From Roseicyclus sp. (GTDB taxonomy: Bacteria; Pseudomonadota; Alphaproteobacteria; Rhodobacterales; Rhodobacteraceae): a DNA stretch of 64,000 nt. The stretch's first letter is position 1. The number at the start of each line of letters is the position of its first letter. Below, one piece after another: positions 39,336-49,496 of this stretch. The notes under the pieces are model-generated. The model ran no database searches and had not been told where the DNA came from. It saw only the letters and a program-made list of their open reading frames with translations. A program made the translations under genes and the position numbers. The stretch covers positions 3,987 through 67,986 of the forward strand of contig CBFIFZ010000001.1 of the NCBI GenBank assembly GCA_965661995.1, given 5' to 3'.

Positions 39336-40037
39336 TCAACTCCAACTGACGTCGCCGAGGAAGATGTAGCCCGCGCCGTAGATCGTCTTGATCAGGCGGG
39401 GGTTCTTCGGGTCTTCGCCCAGCTTGGTGCGCAGCCGCGAGATGCGCACGTCCATTGCCCGGTCGAAGCTTTCGCCCGCCGCACCGCCCAGCGATTCCTG
39501 CATCTGCTGGCGCGAGATCAGGCGCTTGGGTGCCTCCAGGAACAGGCGCAGCACCTCGCCCTCGGCGTGGGAAAAGCTGACCTCGCGGCCATCCTCGGCG
39601 GTCAGGAGATAGCGGTCGAAATGCGCGGTCCAGCCGTTGAACCGCGCGGTGTCCTGCGCCTGTCCGGCGGTCTTGGGCTGACGCAGGCGGGCGCGGATGC
39701 GGGCGACGACCTCGGCGGGGTCGAAGGGCTTGATGATGTAGTCGTCGGCCCCAAGCTCCAGCCCCGTCACGCGGTCCTGCACCTGCGCGCGGCCCGAGAT
39801 GATGATGATCGCCGCCCCCGACTCCAGCGCCAGCCGATGCACCAGCGCCAGCCCGTCACGGTCGGGCAGGCCGAGATCGACGAGGCAGACGTCCGGCGTG
39901 GCGCGCGCCAGTGCGGCCTCGAACTCGGTCGCGCGCGCGTAGCAGGCGGTGCGAAAGCCCGCCTCGGTCAGGGTCTCGGAGAGAAGCGAGCGGATCTGTG
40001 GCTCATCGTCGAGTATGGCGACAAGGGGGGCGGTCAT
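39336..40037 (-). CDS. OmpR-family response regulator
   Basis: LDDE, DLGLPD, GADDYIIKPF, DVRISRLR, IKTIYGAGY. Confidence 0.93.
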   Translation of the reverse strand: MTAPLVAILDDEPQIRSLLSETLTEAGFRTACYARATEFEAALARATPDVCLVDLGLPDRDGLALVHRLALESGAAIIIISGRAQVQDRVTGLELGADDYIIKPFDPAEVVARIRARLRQPKTAGQAQDTARFNGWTAHFDRYLLTAEDGREVSFSHAEGEVLRLFLEAPKRLISRQQMQESLGGAAGESFDRAMDVRISRLRTKLGEDPKNPRLIKTIYGAGYIFLGDVSWS

Positions 40038-41959
40038 GCGGCGGCTTCCTGCGCGAGAAGGGCGTGGAGGGCGGCGCCGTCCACGGGTTTCGGAAGGACC
40101 GGCCAGCGCGCGGCCCCGCTGGCGCGGAGCGGGTCGCTTTCGGGCAGCGAGGTCATCAGCGCGAGGTTCAGCGCCGGTTGCTTCGCGGCGATCCGGCCCA
40201 ACAGCGCGACCCCGTCCTCGGGGCCGAGGCGGATGTCGGACAGCACCCAGTCGAGGCCGGGAATATCGGTCAGCGCCAGCGCCTCCTCGGCGGTGGAGGC
40301 CTCGATCACCTGGTGGCCGAGGTCGGTCAGGCCGTCACGGACGGCGGCGCGGATCTCGGGCTTGTCCTCGACCAGCAGGACAAGGCGCGGGCGGGCCTCG
40401 GCCGCGGCCGGCTTCAGGGGCAGGCGCAGGGTCACGCAGGCCCCGCCGCCGGTTCGGTTCTCGAGCCGGACCTGCCCGCCGGCGAGTTTCGTGGCGTCAT
40501 AGACCATCGTCAGGCCAAGGCCCGAACCCTCGTCGCCCTTCGAGGTGAAGAACGGGTCGAGCGCGCGCTCCAGCGCGGCCTCGGAAAACCCCGGGCCGGT
40601 GTCGCTCACCGCGATGTCGAGCCAGGTGTCCTGCACTGGTGCGAGATGGATCGCGATCTCGCCGCCATTACCGCCGATCGCGTCGCGCGCGTTCAGGACG
40701 AGGTTCAGAAGGCTGTCCTGAAGCGACCCGGTGTCGAGCATGAGCGCGGGATGCGCGACGCGGTTCGCGATGGTCAGGGCGATCTCGGGCGGCAGGGGCG
40801 CGCGGGCCAGCGGCGCGAGCGTGTCGAGGAAATCGGCCAGCACGGTGGGCGCCTCGCGCGTTTCGCGCGGGCCCGAGATACGGGCGATCTTGTTCAGCAG
40901 GTCGCCGCCCCGCCGCGCCGCGGCGCGGGTCGCGCCGGTCAGTTCCTGCGCGCCCGGGGGAAGCGGCAGCTTTTCCAGCCGCCCCTGAAGCCCGAGGATG
41001 ATCGTCAGCAGGTTGGCGAAGTCATGCGCCAGCCCGCTGGTCAGCTGGGCGGCCAGCTCCCGCTTGTGGGTCTGCGCCAGTGCGGCGCGGGCCTGCGCCT
41101 CCTCGGTCAGGTCGGTGGACAGCAGGTAGACGCCGTTGATCGGCTCGCCCGGCGCGGACTGGTCGGGGGTGAAGGCGGTGCGGATGCGGCGGCCGGTTTC
41201 GGCTTCGGTAAACTCCAGAACGCTCGCCTCTCCCTGCACGGCGCGCGTGAGCGAGGGCCGGAGCCGCGCCGCCGTGTCCTGCCCCAGCGCCTCTTCGAAG
41301 CTGAGGCCGACGATATCGCTTTGCCGTCCGGGCAGCAGCGACGAGAGGCGGCGGTTGGTGTAGGTATAGACCCCGTCCCGGTCCACGCGGGCGATATGCG
41401 CGGGCGTCATCTCGGTCGTGAGGCGGATGCGCGCCTCCATCTCGGTGAGCTCGGCCTTGGCCTCCTCGAGCTGTGCGATGGTCGCCTCGAGCGCGCGGTT
41501 GGTCTGGGCGAGCTCCTCGGTATAGCCGAGCACCTGGTCCGACAGTTCCTCGGACCGGGCGCGCAGCAACTCCTCCTGCCGCTTGATGGCGGTGATGTCG
41601 GTATAGACGGTGACCCAGCCGCCTTCCGGCAGGGGCGAGCCCTCGACGCTGATGGTACGGCCGTTGGCGCGGCGGCGTTCCATGTAGTGCGGCTCGAAGG
41701 CGCGGGCCTGTTCGACGCGCAGCGCGACGAAGGCCGCCACGTCGTCGATCTCGCCGTATTCGCCGGTTTCGGCGAGGTAGCGAATCGTCTCGTCGAATCG
41801 GGCGCCGGGGGTCACGAGGCGCTCGGGCAGGCCGAACATCGTCTGAAAAGGCCGGTTCGACACCGCAAGGCGCAGGTCGGCGTCATAGATCGACAGCGCC
41901 TGCTGGATCAGGTTCAGGCCCGCGCGCGTCAGGTGATCGGTGCCCGCCTTATGCGGCAT
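40034..41959 (-). CDS. Hybrid PAS-domain sensor histidine kinase
   Basis: Two PAS-like regions, LAHDFANLL, NARDA, DTGPG, GSGLGL, C-terminal receiver. Confidence 0.92.
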   Translation of the reverse strand: MPHKAGTDHLTRAGLNLIQQALSIYDADLRLAVSNRPFQTMFGLPERLVTPGARFDETIRYLAETGEYGEIDDVAAFVALRVEQARAFEPHYMERRRANGRTISVEGSPLPEGGWVTVYTDITAIKRQEELLRARSEELSDQVLGYTEELAQTNRALEATIAQLEEAKAELTEMEARIRLTTEMTPAHIARVDRDGVYTYTNRRLSSLLPGRQSDIVGLSFEEALGQDTAARLRPSLTRAVQGEASVLEFTEAETGRRIRTAFTPDQSAPGEPINGVYLLSTDLTEEAQARAALAQTHKRELAAQLTSGLAHDFANLLTIILGLQGRLEKLPLPPGAQELTGATRAAARRGGDLLNKIARISGPRETREAPTVLADFLDTLAPLARAPLPPEIALTIANRVAHPALMLDTGSLQDSLLNLVLNARDAIGGNGGEIAIHLAPVQDTWLDIAVSDTGPGFSEAALERALDPFFTSKGDEGSGLGLTMVYDATKLAGGQVRLENRTGGGACVTLRLPLKPAAAEARPRLVLLVEDKPEIRAAVRDGLTDLGHQVIEASTAEEALALTDIPGLDWVLSDIRLGPEDGVALLGRIAAKQPALNLALMTSLPESDPLRASGAARWPVLPKPVDGAALHALLAQEAAA

Positions 41960-42173
41960 CTCCTGTCCTCCCGTGATCATCGCTGCCCCCCGTTGCGCCC
42001 CCCGTCAAGCACGGGCGTGGTCATGTTACAATTCGTTAGGATTGCGCAAAACTGGGGCAAAACTTGACCGCGACCGATTGTGTGGCACGGTGGCGATACG
42101 GGAGTCGCCCGTCCGAACAAGGGCGCACCGTGCACGCCGGGAAGGAGGAAGCCCGGCGAAGGGAGGGAAAGAC

Positions 42174-44150
42174 TTGGCTCAGACAGACACGCCCAAGGGT
42201 GTGCCGCATTCCATTCCTGCGCTGCTGGCGCGGAACGTGGCGCAGTTCGGCTCGAAACCGGCCTACCGGGAGAAGGAGCTTGGCATCTGGCAGAACTGGA
42301 CCTGGGCCGAGGCCGCCGAGGAGATCGACGCGATCGCCTATGGCCTGCTCGCTCTGGGGGTGAACCGGGGTGACCATGTCGCGGTGATCGGGCGCAACCG
42401 CCCGGCGCTCTACTGGTCGATGGTCGCAGCCCAAAAGGTCGGCGCGGTGCCCGTGCCGCTCTACCAGGACGCGGTCGCCGAAGAGATGGCCTATGTGCTG
42501 GAGCATTGCTTTGCCCGCTTCGTGATCTGCGGCGACCAGGAACAGGTCGACAAGGTGATCGAGGTGCAGGGCCGCGTGCCGCAGATCGAGCACATCATCT
42601 ACCAGGACCCGCGGGGCCTGAGGAAATACGACCATTCCAAGCTGCACGCGCTGGCCGATGTGCAGGCCGAGGGACGCGCGGCGCATGACCGCTTCGCCAA
42701 GGAACTGCAGGCGCGCGAGGCCGAGCTGGATTTCGACTCGACCTGCGTGATGCTTTACACCTCGGGCACGACCGGAAAGCCCAAGGGCGTGGTCCTGTCG
42801 AACCGCAACATCATCATGACCTCCAAGGCCTCGAGCGAGTTCGACCACCTCGACCCGCATGACGAGGTTCTGGCCTACCTGCCGATGGCCTGGGTGGGCG
42901 ATTTCATCTTTTCCATCGGGCAGGCGATGTGGACGGGGTTCTGCGTCAACTGCCCCGAAAGCGCCGATACCACGCTGGCCGACCTGCGCGAGATCGGGCC
43001 GACCTACTATTTCGCGCCCCCGCGCGTGTTCGAGACGCTGCTGACCAGCGTCATGATCCGGATGGAGGATGCCGGGCCGATCAAGCGGCGGCTGTTCCAT
43101 TACTTCCTCGAACACGCCAAGGTCGTGGGCCCCAAGCTGCTCGACGGCAAGAGCGTCGGCGGCATGGACAAGCTGAAGTACCAGCTTGGCAACCTCTTGA
43201 TGATCGGCCCGCTGAAGAACGCGCTGGGGCTGACGCGCATTCGCGTGGGCTATACCGCCGGTGAGGCGATCGGGCCGGAGATCTTCGATTTCTACCGGGC
43301 GCTCGGCATCAACCTGAAGCAGCTTTACGGGCAGACCGAGGCCTCGGTCTTCATCACGCAGCAGCCCGACAACGAAGTGCGGCCCGACACGGTCGGCGTC
43401 CCCTCGCCGGGCGTGGAGATCCGCATCGACGACACGGGCGAGGTCTATTACCGCAGCCCGGGCGTTTTCGTGGAGTATTACAAGAACCCAGAAAGCACGG
43501 CCTCGACCAAGGACCCCGAGGGCTGGGTCGCCACGGGCGACGCGGGTTTCATCGAGCCCGACACCGGGCACCTGCGGATCATCGACCGCGCGAAGGACGT
43601 GGGCAAGATGGCGGACGGCAGCCTGTTCGCGCCCAAGTACGTTGAAAACAAGCTGAAATTCTTCCCCAACATCCTCGAGACCGTGGTCTTCGGGAACGGG
43701 CGGGAGTACTGCACCGCCTTCATCAACATCGACCTGACGGCGGTCGGCAACTGGGCCGAGCGCAACAATATCGCCTATGCCTCCTACCAGGAACTGGCGG
43801 GGCATCCGCGGGTGATGGACATGATCCAGAGCCATGTCGAGGAGGTGAACCGCTCGGTCGCCTCCGACGAGATGCTCTCGGGCTGCCAGGTGCATCGCTT
43901 CCTCGTGCTGCACAAGGAGTTGGACGCCGATGACGGCGAGCTGACGCGCACGCGCAAGGTGCGGCGGCGGATCATCGAGGAGAAGTTCCACGACCTGATC
44001 GACGCGCTCTATTCCGGGAAGACCTCGCAATACACCGAGACGGAAGTGACCTACGAGGACGGGCGCAAGGGCAAGATCACGGCGACGCTGGAGATCCGCG
44101 ACGCGGCAACGGTCGCCGTGGGCGCGCCGGCGCAGGTGGCGGCGGAATGA
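42174..44150 (+). CDS. AMP-binding long-chain acyl-CoA ligase (TTG start, approximate)
   Basis: YTSGTTGKPKG, YGQTE, TGDAG, IIDRAKD; GGAGG upstream. Confidence 0.9.
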   Translation: MAQTDTPKGVPHSIPALLARNVAQFGSKPAYREKELGIWQNWTWAEAAEEIDAIAYGLLALGVNRGDHVAVIGRNRPALYWSMVAAQKVGAVPVPLYQDAVAEEMAYVLEHCFARFVICGDQEQVDKVIEVQGRVPQIEHIIYQDPRGLRKYDHSKLHALADVQAEGRAAHDRFAKELQAREAELDFDSTCVMLYTSGTTGKPKGVVLSNRNIIMTSKASSEFDHLDPHDEVLAYLPMAWVGDFIFSIGQAMWTGFCVNCPESADTTLADLREIGPTYYFAPPRVFETLLTSVMIRMEDAGPIKRRLFHYFLEHAKVVGPKLLDGKSVGGMDKLKYQLGNLLMIGPLKNALGLTRIRVGYTAGEAIGPEIFDFYRALGINLKQLYGQTEASVFITQQPDNEVRPDTVGVPSPGVEIRIDDTGEVYYRSPGVFVEYYKNPESTASTKDPEGWVATGDAGFIEPDTGHLRIIDRAKDVGKMADGSLFAPKYVENKLKFFPNILETVVFGNGREYCTAFINIDLTAVGNWAERNNIAYASYQELAGHPRVMDMIQSHVEEVNRSVASDEMLSGCQVHRFLVLHKELDADDGELTRTRKVRRRIIEEKFHDLIDALYSGKTSQYTETEVTYEDGRKGKITATLEIRDAATVAVGAPAQVAAE

Positions 44151-44401
44151 CCTTCGTCGCCGTTGCCCTGTTCCTGCTGGGCTTCGCGGCCTCCTGGGTC
44201 GCGGGGCGTTACGTGGCCACGGGCGCCGCGGCGGTGCAGGGCGGGGCCATCGGGATCTGCGGGGTTGCGGCGCTTCTGTTCGGGATGCCGCAGGTCTGGG
44301 AGGACAGTCTGATCTGGGCGCTGGTGGCGCTGCTGATCTACGGGCTGGTGGGGGCGCTGATCTTTCGCTCCGGCCAGGCGGCACGGGAAAGGGCCGAGTA
44401 A
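44147..44401 (+). CDS. Small membrane protein (about 3 TM)
   Basis: 84 aa hydrophobic; ATGA overlap with the ligase, abuts the ABC ATPase. Confidence 0.7.
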   Translation: MTFVAVALFLLGFAASWVAGRYVATGAAAVQGGAIGICGVAALLFGMPQVWEDSLIWALVALLIYGLVGALIFRSGQAARERAE

Positions 44402-45223
44402 ATGCTTGATTCCACTGAGGAAGGTTACGTCACCGCCGATGGCCGCAAGATCGGTGGGGTGGTGATGGAGATGCGGAACATCACGCTGCGCTTCGGGGGC
44501 GTGGTGGCGATCAAGGACATCTCGTTCGACATCCGCGAGGGCGAGATCCGGGCGATCATCGGGCCGAACGGGGCGGGTAAGTCGTCCATGCTCAACGTCA
44601 TCTCGGGCTTCTACAACCCGCAGGAGGGCGAGGTGATCTATCGCGGGTCGAAGCGCCCGCAGATGCGGCCCTACCAGGTCGCGCGGCAGGGCATCGCGCG
44701 GACCTTCCAGAACATCGCGCTGTTCGAGGGGATGACGGTTCTGGACAACGTTATGACGGGCCGGTTGAACCACATGAAGGCGAGCCTGCTCGACCAGGCG
44801 TTCTGGTGGGGCAAGGCCCAGCGCGAAGAGGTCGAGAACCGGCAAAAAGCCGAGGAAATCATCGACTTCCTTGAAATCCAGCACATCCGCAAGACGCCGG
44901 TGGGCCGCCTGCCCTATGGTCTGAAAAAGCGGGTGGAACTGGCCCGCGCGCTGGTGTCGGAGCCCTCGATCCTGCTGCTCGACGAACCGATGGCGGGGAT
45001 GAATGTCGAGGAGAAGGAGGACATGAGCCGCTTCGTCCTGGACGTGAACGACGAGTACGGCACCACCATCGTGCTGATCGAGCATGACATGGGCGTCGTG
45101 ATGGACCTGTCCGACCGGGTGGTCGTGATGGATTACGGCAAGAAGATCGGGGACGGCACGCCGGACGAGGTGCGCGCCAACCAGGAGGTGATCGACGCCT
45201 ATCTCGGGGTCGCCCATGACTGA
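44402..45223 (+). CDS. LIV-type ABC transporter ATP-binding protein (LivG-like)
   Basis: GPNGAGKS, RTFQN, LPYG, LLDEP, IEHDM. Confidence 0.93.
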   Translation: MLDSTEEGYVTADGRKIGGVVMEMRNITLRFGGVVAIKDISFDIREGEIRAIIGPNGAGKSSMLNVISGFYNPQEGEVIYRGSKRPQMRPYQVARQGIARTFQNIALFEGMTVLDNVMTGRLNHMKASLLDQAFWWGKAQREEVENRQKAEEIIDFLEIQHIRKTPVGRLPYGLKKRVELARALVSEPSILLLDEPMAGMNVEEKEDMSRFVLDVNDEYGTTIVLIEHDMGVVMDLSDRVVVMDYGKKIGDGTPDEVRANQEVIDAYLGVAHD

Positions 45224-45240
45224 TCGCCCGCGTCACACCC

Positions 45241-45270
45241 CGTACACACCGCGTACACACCGCGTACATA
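45241..45270. repeat. Intergenic 11-bp tandem repeat
   Basis: cgtacacaccg cgtacacaccg cgtacata, preceded by degenerate cgtcacaccc. Confidence 0.75.
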
Positions 45271-45292
45271 CGCCGAGCCAGGGAGGCCGCGC

Positions 45293-46279
45293 ATGCCTGA
45301 CCAACTGATTTTCGCGATGGAGGTCACGCTCAACGGCCTTCTGAACGGGGTGATGTATGCCCTCGTGGCGCTCGGCTTCGTGCTGATCTTCAAGGCGAGC
45401 GGGATCTTCAACTACGCGCAGGGGGTCATGGCGCTGTTCGCGGCGATGACGCTCGTGGGCATCCAGCAGGGGCGCGTGCCCTTCGGCCACCTGATCAACG
45501 AGATCTTCGGCACCGACGTCCATTATTTCGGGTGGGAGGTGCCGGCGCTGGCCGCGATCCTTCTGACCGTTCTGGTGATGATCGGCTTCGCCATCCTGGT
45601 GCAGAAATTCGTCTTCAAGCATCTCGTGGGCCAAGAGCCGATCATCCTGTTCATGGCGACCATCGGGCTCGCCTATTTCCTCGAAGGTGTCAGCGACCTG
45701 ATGTGGGGGTCCGAGATCCGCAACATGGACGTGGGCCTGCCGCAGGGGATCAACGACGCGATCGACGCGGCGACCTTCGAGATCTTCGGCTACGGGTTCT
45801 TCATCGACAATCTCGACATCTCGGCCGCGATCATCGCCGCGATCCTTGTCGGCGGGCTGATCGCCTTCGCGCAATACACCAAGCAGGGCCGCGCCATGCG
45901 CGCGGTGGCCGACGACCACCAGGCGGCGCTGAGCGTGGGCATCAAGCTGAATTACGTCTGGGTGCTGGTCTGGTCGCTGGCGGGCATGGTCGCGCTGGTG
46001 GCGGGCATCATGTGGGGCTCGAAATCGGGGGTGCAGTTCTCGCTGTCGCTGATCGCGCTGAAGGCGCTGCCGGTGCTGATGCTGGGCGGCTTCACCTCGA
46101 TCCCGGGTGCCATCATCGGCGGGCTCATCATCGGCGTGGGTGAGGCGCTCTTCGAGTTCTCCATCGGTCCGATGATCGGCGGCGCGACCGAGAACTGGTT
46201 CGCCTATGTCCTCGCCCTCGTCTTCCTCGTCTTCCGGCCGCAGGGCCTGTTCGGCGAGAAGATCATCGAGAGGGTGTAG
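45293..46279 (+). CDS. LIV-type ABC permease (LivH-like)
   Basis: YALVALGFVLI, NYAQG, GRAMRAVA, LGGFTSIPGA. Confidence 0.92.
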   Translation: MPDQLIFAMEVTLNGLLNGVMYALVALGFVLIFKASGIFNYAQGVMALFAAMTLVGIQQGRVPFGHLINEIFGTDVHYFGWEVPALAAILLTVLVMIGFAILVQKFVFKHLVGQEPIILFMATIGLAYFLEGVSDLMWGSEIRNMDVGLPQGINDAIDAATFEIFGYGFFIDNLDISAAIIAAILVGGLIAFAQYTKQGRAMRAVADDHQAALSVGIKLNYVWVLVWSLAGMVALVAGIMWGSKSGVQFSLSLIALKALPVLMLGGFTSIPGAIIGGLIIGVGEALFEFSIGPMIGGATENWFAYVLALVFLVFRPQGLFGEKIIERV

Positions 46280-46425
46280 CCGGGCCATGCGGATCATGCC
46301 GAAAAAACATCGTGACGCGCGGGGGGCATCCGTGCACTCTACCCCCGCGCGAGCATCGGCAGGGATGCAGCCCCGCGGCGGATCGGGAGGGATCCGGGAC
46401 GGGGCATATGGGAGGACGACGTGCC

Positions 46426-46671
46426 ATGGCTCTGGACGAAATTCAGAAGCCGAATATCGGAAAGCCCGGGTTCGCCACGGGGCGGACCACCTCGGAACGG
46501 AAGATGTGGGCCATCGTGACCACCATCGCCTTCGCGGTGTTCTGGTTCGCGGGGCTCTTCCTTGCGGCGGGGCTCTATGGACAGCAAGAGGTGCACTGGA
46601 GTGCGCCGGTGCTGTCGGTTCTCGGTCTGGCGGTCGGGCTTTACGCGCGGCGCCGGGTCGACGCGGACTGA
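46426..46671 (+). CDS. Small membrane protein (2 TM)
   Basis: MALDEIQKP...WAIVTTIAFAVFWFAGLF...; GGAGG upstream. Confidence 0.65.
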   Translation: MALDEIQKPNIGKPGFATGRTTSERKMWAIVTTIAFAVFWFAGLFLAAGLYGQQEVHWSAPVLSVLGLAVGLYARRRVDAD

Positions 46672-46845
46672 ACGCAGGGGCGGCCCTGCCCCCGATCCAT
46701 CGTGTGGAGACATGCTGCGCGCCGGGACCGGCGGCGCGTGTGTCCGCGCGCGGCGAGATTTCAGGAAATTCGAGGATGACCGGGCCATGGGAGGCGCGGG
46801 CGACGGCCCCGCGCGCCGCGGCGCTCCGGCAGGGGGAGGCGACAG

Positions 46846-47922
46846 ATGTTCTATCGTGAGGCGGGCGACTTCAAGACGTCCTACACCGACGACAACCAGA
46901 CCTTCCCGATCGCCTTCGACCGGTATCGGTATTACATCGTGCTGGTCATCGGGCTGGGGATCATCCCGTTCATCATCAACGACTACTGGGCGAACTCGAT
47001 CCTGATCCCGTTCCTGATCTACGCGATCGCGGCGATCGGTCTGAACATCCTGACGGGCTATTGCGGGCAGGTGTCGCTTGGCACGGGCGGCTTCATGGCG
47101 GTCGGCGCCTTCACCTCCTACAAGCTGATGACGGCGTTTCCGTGGATGGACATGGTGACGATCACGCTTCTGTCGGGGTTCATGACCGCGATGGTCGGCG
47201 TGGCCTTCGGCCTGCCCAGCTTGCGGATTAAGGGCTTTTACCTCGCGGTGGCGACGCTGGCGGCGCAGTTCTTCCTTGTATGGCTCTTCAACAAGGTGCC
47301 GTGGTTCTACAACTACTCGGCCTCGGGGCAGATCAGCGCGCCGGAACGGACGATGTTCGGCCTGGCCGTGACGGGCCCGAACGCGGAAAGCTGGGTGAAA
47401 TACGTCTTCTGCTTCCTGATCGTCTTCGTGCTGGCCTGGGTCGCGCGGAACCTGACGCGCGGCTCGATCGGGCGGCAGTGGATGGCGATCCGCGACATGG
47501 ATATCGCGGCCGAGATCATCGGGGTGAACCCGCTGAAGGCGAAGCTGACGGCATTCGCCGTATCCTCCTTCTACGTGGGTGTGTCGGGGGCGCTGCTGTT
47601 CACGGTCTACCTGGGCGCGGTCGAGGTGGGCGAGGCTTACGGCATCATCAAGTCGTTCCTCGTGCTCTTCATGATCATCATCGGGGGGCTGGGCTCGATC
47701 TTCGGTGCCTTTGCCGGGGCCGCCTTCATGGTGATCCTGCCGGTGGCGCTGAGGAACCTGTTCGCCGGCACGCTGGGCTGGGACCCGGCGCTGGCGACGC
47801 ATTTCGAGTTCGTCATCGTGGGCGCGCTGATCATGTTCTTCCTGATCGTCGAGCCGCACGGGCTGGCGCGCCTCTGGGCGCTGGCGAAGGAGAAGCTGAG
47901 GCTCTGGCCCTTCCCGCACTAG
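46846..47922 (+). CDS. LIV-type ABC permease (LivM-like)
   Basis: GLNILTGYCGQVSLG, YLAVATLA, IIGGLGS. Confidence 0.92.
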   Translation: MFYREAGDFKTSYTDDNQTFPIAFDRYRYYIVLVIGLGIIPFIINDYWANSILIPFLIYAIAAIGLNILTGYCGQVSLGTGGFMAVGAFTSYKLMTAFPWMDMVTITLLSGFMTAMVGVAFGLPSLRIKGFYLAVATLAAQFFLVWLFNKVPWFYNYSASGQISAPERTMFGLAVTGPNAESWVKYVFCFLIVFVLAWVARNLTRGSIGRQWMAIRDMDIAAEIIGVNPLKAKLTAFAVSSFYVGVSGALLFTVYLGAVEVGEAYGIIKSFLVLFMIIIGGLGSIFGAFAGAAFMVILPVALRNLFAGTLGWDPALATHFEFVIVGALIMFFLIVEPHGLARLWALAKEKLRLWPFPH

Positions 47923-47935
47923 CGGGAAGGCCGGT

Positions 47936-47959
47936 GGTGGGCGGAATCGCCCACCCTAC
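47936..47959 (-). repeat. GTAG-type REP-like palindrome
   Basis: ggtgggcg-gaat-cgcccacc-ctac (GTAG head on the minus strand). Confidence 0.6.
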
Positions 47960-48061
47960 GGATGCGGCACCGACCAGGAGGAGGGCGGGCCGCCGAGTGA
48001 GAAACCCGGGCGCAACCGGGGCGCAAGAAAGATCGGACAAACCCAAAGGGAGGAAACCCCG

Positions 48062-49339
48062 ATGAAGAAACTGGCAACATTCGCAGTGGCGGGCATGATG
48101 GCCGCGGGCCCCGCGCTCGCCGACCTGGTGATCCCGGACCTGCACTATCGCACCGGCCCCTATGCCGCGGGCGGCATCCCGTTCTCGGACGGCTACCAGG
48201 ATTACTTCAACCTGCTGAACGCGCGCGATGGCGGCATCGGCGGCGAGACGGTGCGCATCGTGAGCTGCGAGACGGCCTACAACACCGAGCGCGGCGTGGA
48301 ATGCTACGAATCGACCAAGGGCGAAGGCGCGCTGGTCTACCAGCCGCTGTCGACCGGCATCACCTACCAGCTGATCCCGCGCGCGACGGCCGATGGCATC
48401 CCGCTGCATACGATGGGCTATGGCCGGACGTCGGCCGCGAACGGCGACGTGTTCAGCCATGTCTTCAACTACCCGGCGAACTACTGGGATGCGGCCTCGG
48501 TGATCATCAACCAGCTGCTGGAGGAGAACGACGGCTCGCTCGAGGGCAAGTCGATCACGCTGCTCTATCACAACTCGGCCTATGGCCGTGAGCCGATCCG
48601 CACGCTGGAGACGCTGGCCGAGATGCACGGGTTCGAACTGAACCAGCTGGCGGTGGACCACCCCGGCCAGGAGCAGGGCAACCAGTGGCTGACGATCCGC
48701 CGCGAGCGTCCCGACTACGTGGTCATGTGGGGCTGGGGCGTGATGAACCAGGTCGCGATCCAGGAAGCGGTGAACATCCGCTACCCGATGGAGAACTTCA
48801 TCGGCAACTGGTGGGCGGGCGCCGATCATGACGTGGAACAGGCCGGTGAGGCGGCGGCGGGCTACCGCGCGCTGAACATGAACCGCCTGGGCGACATGCC
48901 GGTCTTCGACGAGATCCGCACCCATGTGCACGAGGCGGGCCTGGCTGCGGGCGACGGCTCGAACGTGGGTTCGGTGCTCTATACCCGGGGCATGTATGCC
49001 GCGATGCTGGCCGCCGAGGCGATCCGCGCCGCGCAGGAGATCCACGGCGTGGCGGCGATCACGCCGGCGATGATGCGCGACGGGATGGAAGCGCTGGAGC
49101 TGACCAACGCGCGGATGGACGAGCTGGGCATGCCGATGATCGGCCCCGAGTTCGCCGTCAGCTGCGAGGATCATGGCGGCACCGGCATGGCGATCATGAC
49201 CCAGTGGAACGGCACGGAGTGGGTGACGCTCACCGACTTCATCGCGCCCGACGACAGCGTCACGCAGCCGCTGGTCGAGGAGGACTCGGCGCAGTTCGCC
49301 GCCGAGAACAACATCGCCAGCCAGTGCGGCGACAGCTGA
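48062..49339 (+). CDS. ABC substrate-binding protein (LivK/Peripla_BP_6-like)
   Basis: Signal peptide, YRTGPYA, GGIGG, CETAY. Confidence 0.92.
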   Translation: MKKLATFAVAGMMAAGPALADLVIPDLHYRTGPYAAGGIPFSDGYQDYFNLLNARDGGIGGETVRIVSCETAYNTERGVECYESTKGEGALVYQPLSTGITYQLIPRATADGIPLHTMGYGRTSAANGDVFSHVFNYPANYWDAASVIINQLLEENDGSLEGKSITLLYHNSAYGREPIRTLETLAEMHGFELNQLAVDHPGQEQGNQWLTIRRERPDYVVMWGWGVMNQVAIQEAVNIRYPMENFIGNWWAGADHDVEQAGEAAAGYRALNMNRLGDMPVFDEIRTHVHEAGLAAGDGSNVGSVLYTRGMYAAMLAAEAIRAAQEIHGVAAITPAMMRDGMEALELTNARMDELGMPMIGPEFAVSCEDHGGTGMAIMTQWNGTEWVTLTDFIAPDDSVTQPLVEEDSAQFAAENNIASQCGDS

Positions 49340-49347
49340 TCCGACAC

Positions 49348-49405
49348 CCCCGGCGGCGGCGCATGTGTCGCCGCCGGGATTTGCATATTTTTGGAAAGAT
49401 GAAGG
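49348..49405 (+). repeat. Hairpin plus dispersed motif TATTTTTGGAAAGATGAAGG
   Basis: cccggcggcg..cgccgccggg stem, then the motif at 49386-49405. Confidence 0.65.
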
Positions 49406-49496
49406 TGGGGCGTGGACCTTGGGGGGCGCGCGTTAACCTTAACGGAACGTGACCGGGGCGAGGGCCTCGGGCACCGCGGCAAGGGAGAGCCGGGAG

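Noticed and set aside
42036-44384. Long antisense ORFs (782 aa here; likewise 484-2253, 39911-42067, 61831-63402 and others)
   Set aside because: Shadow frames of real genes, expected in high-GC DNA; no recognisable motifs.
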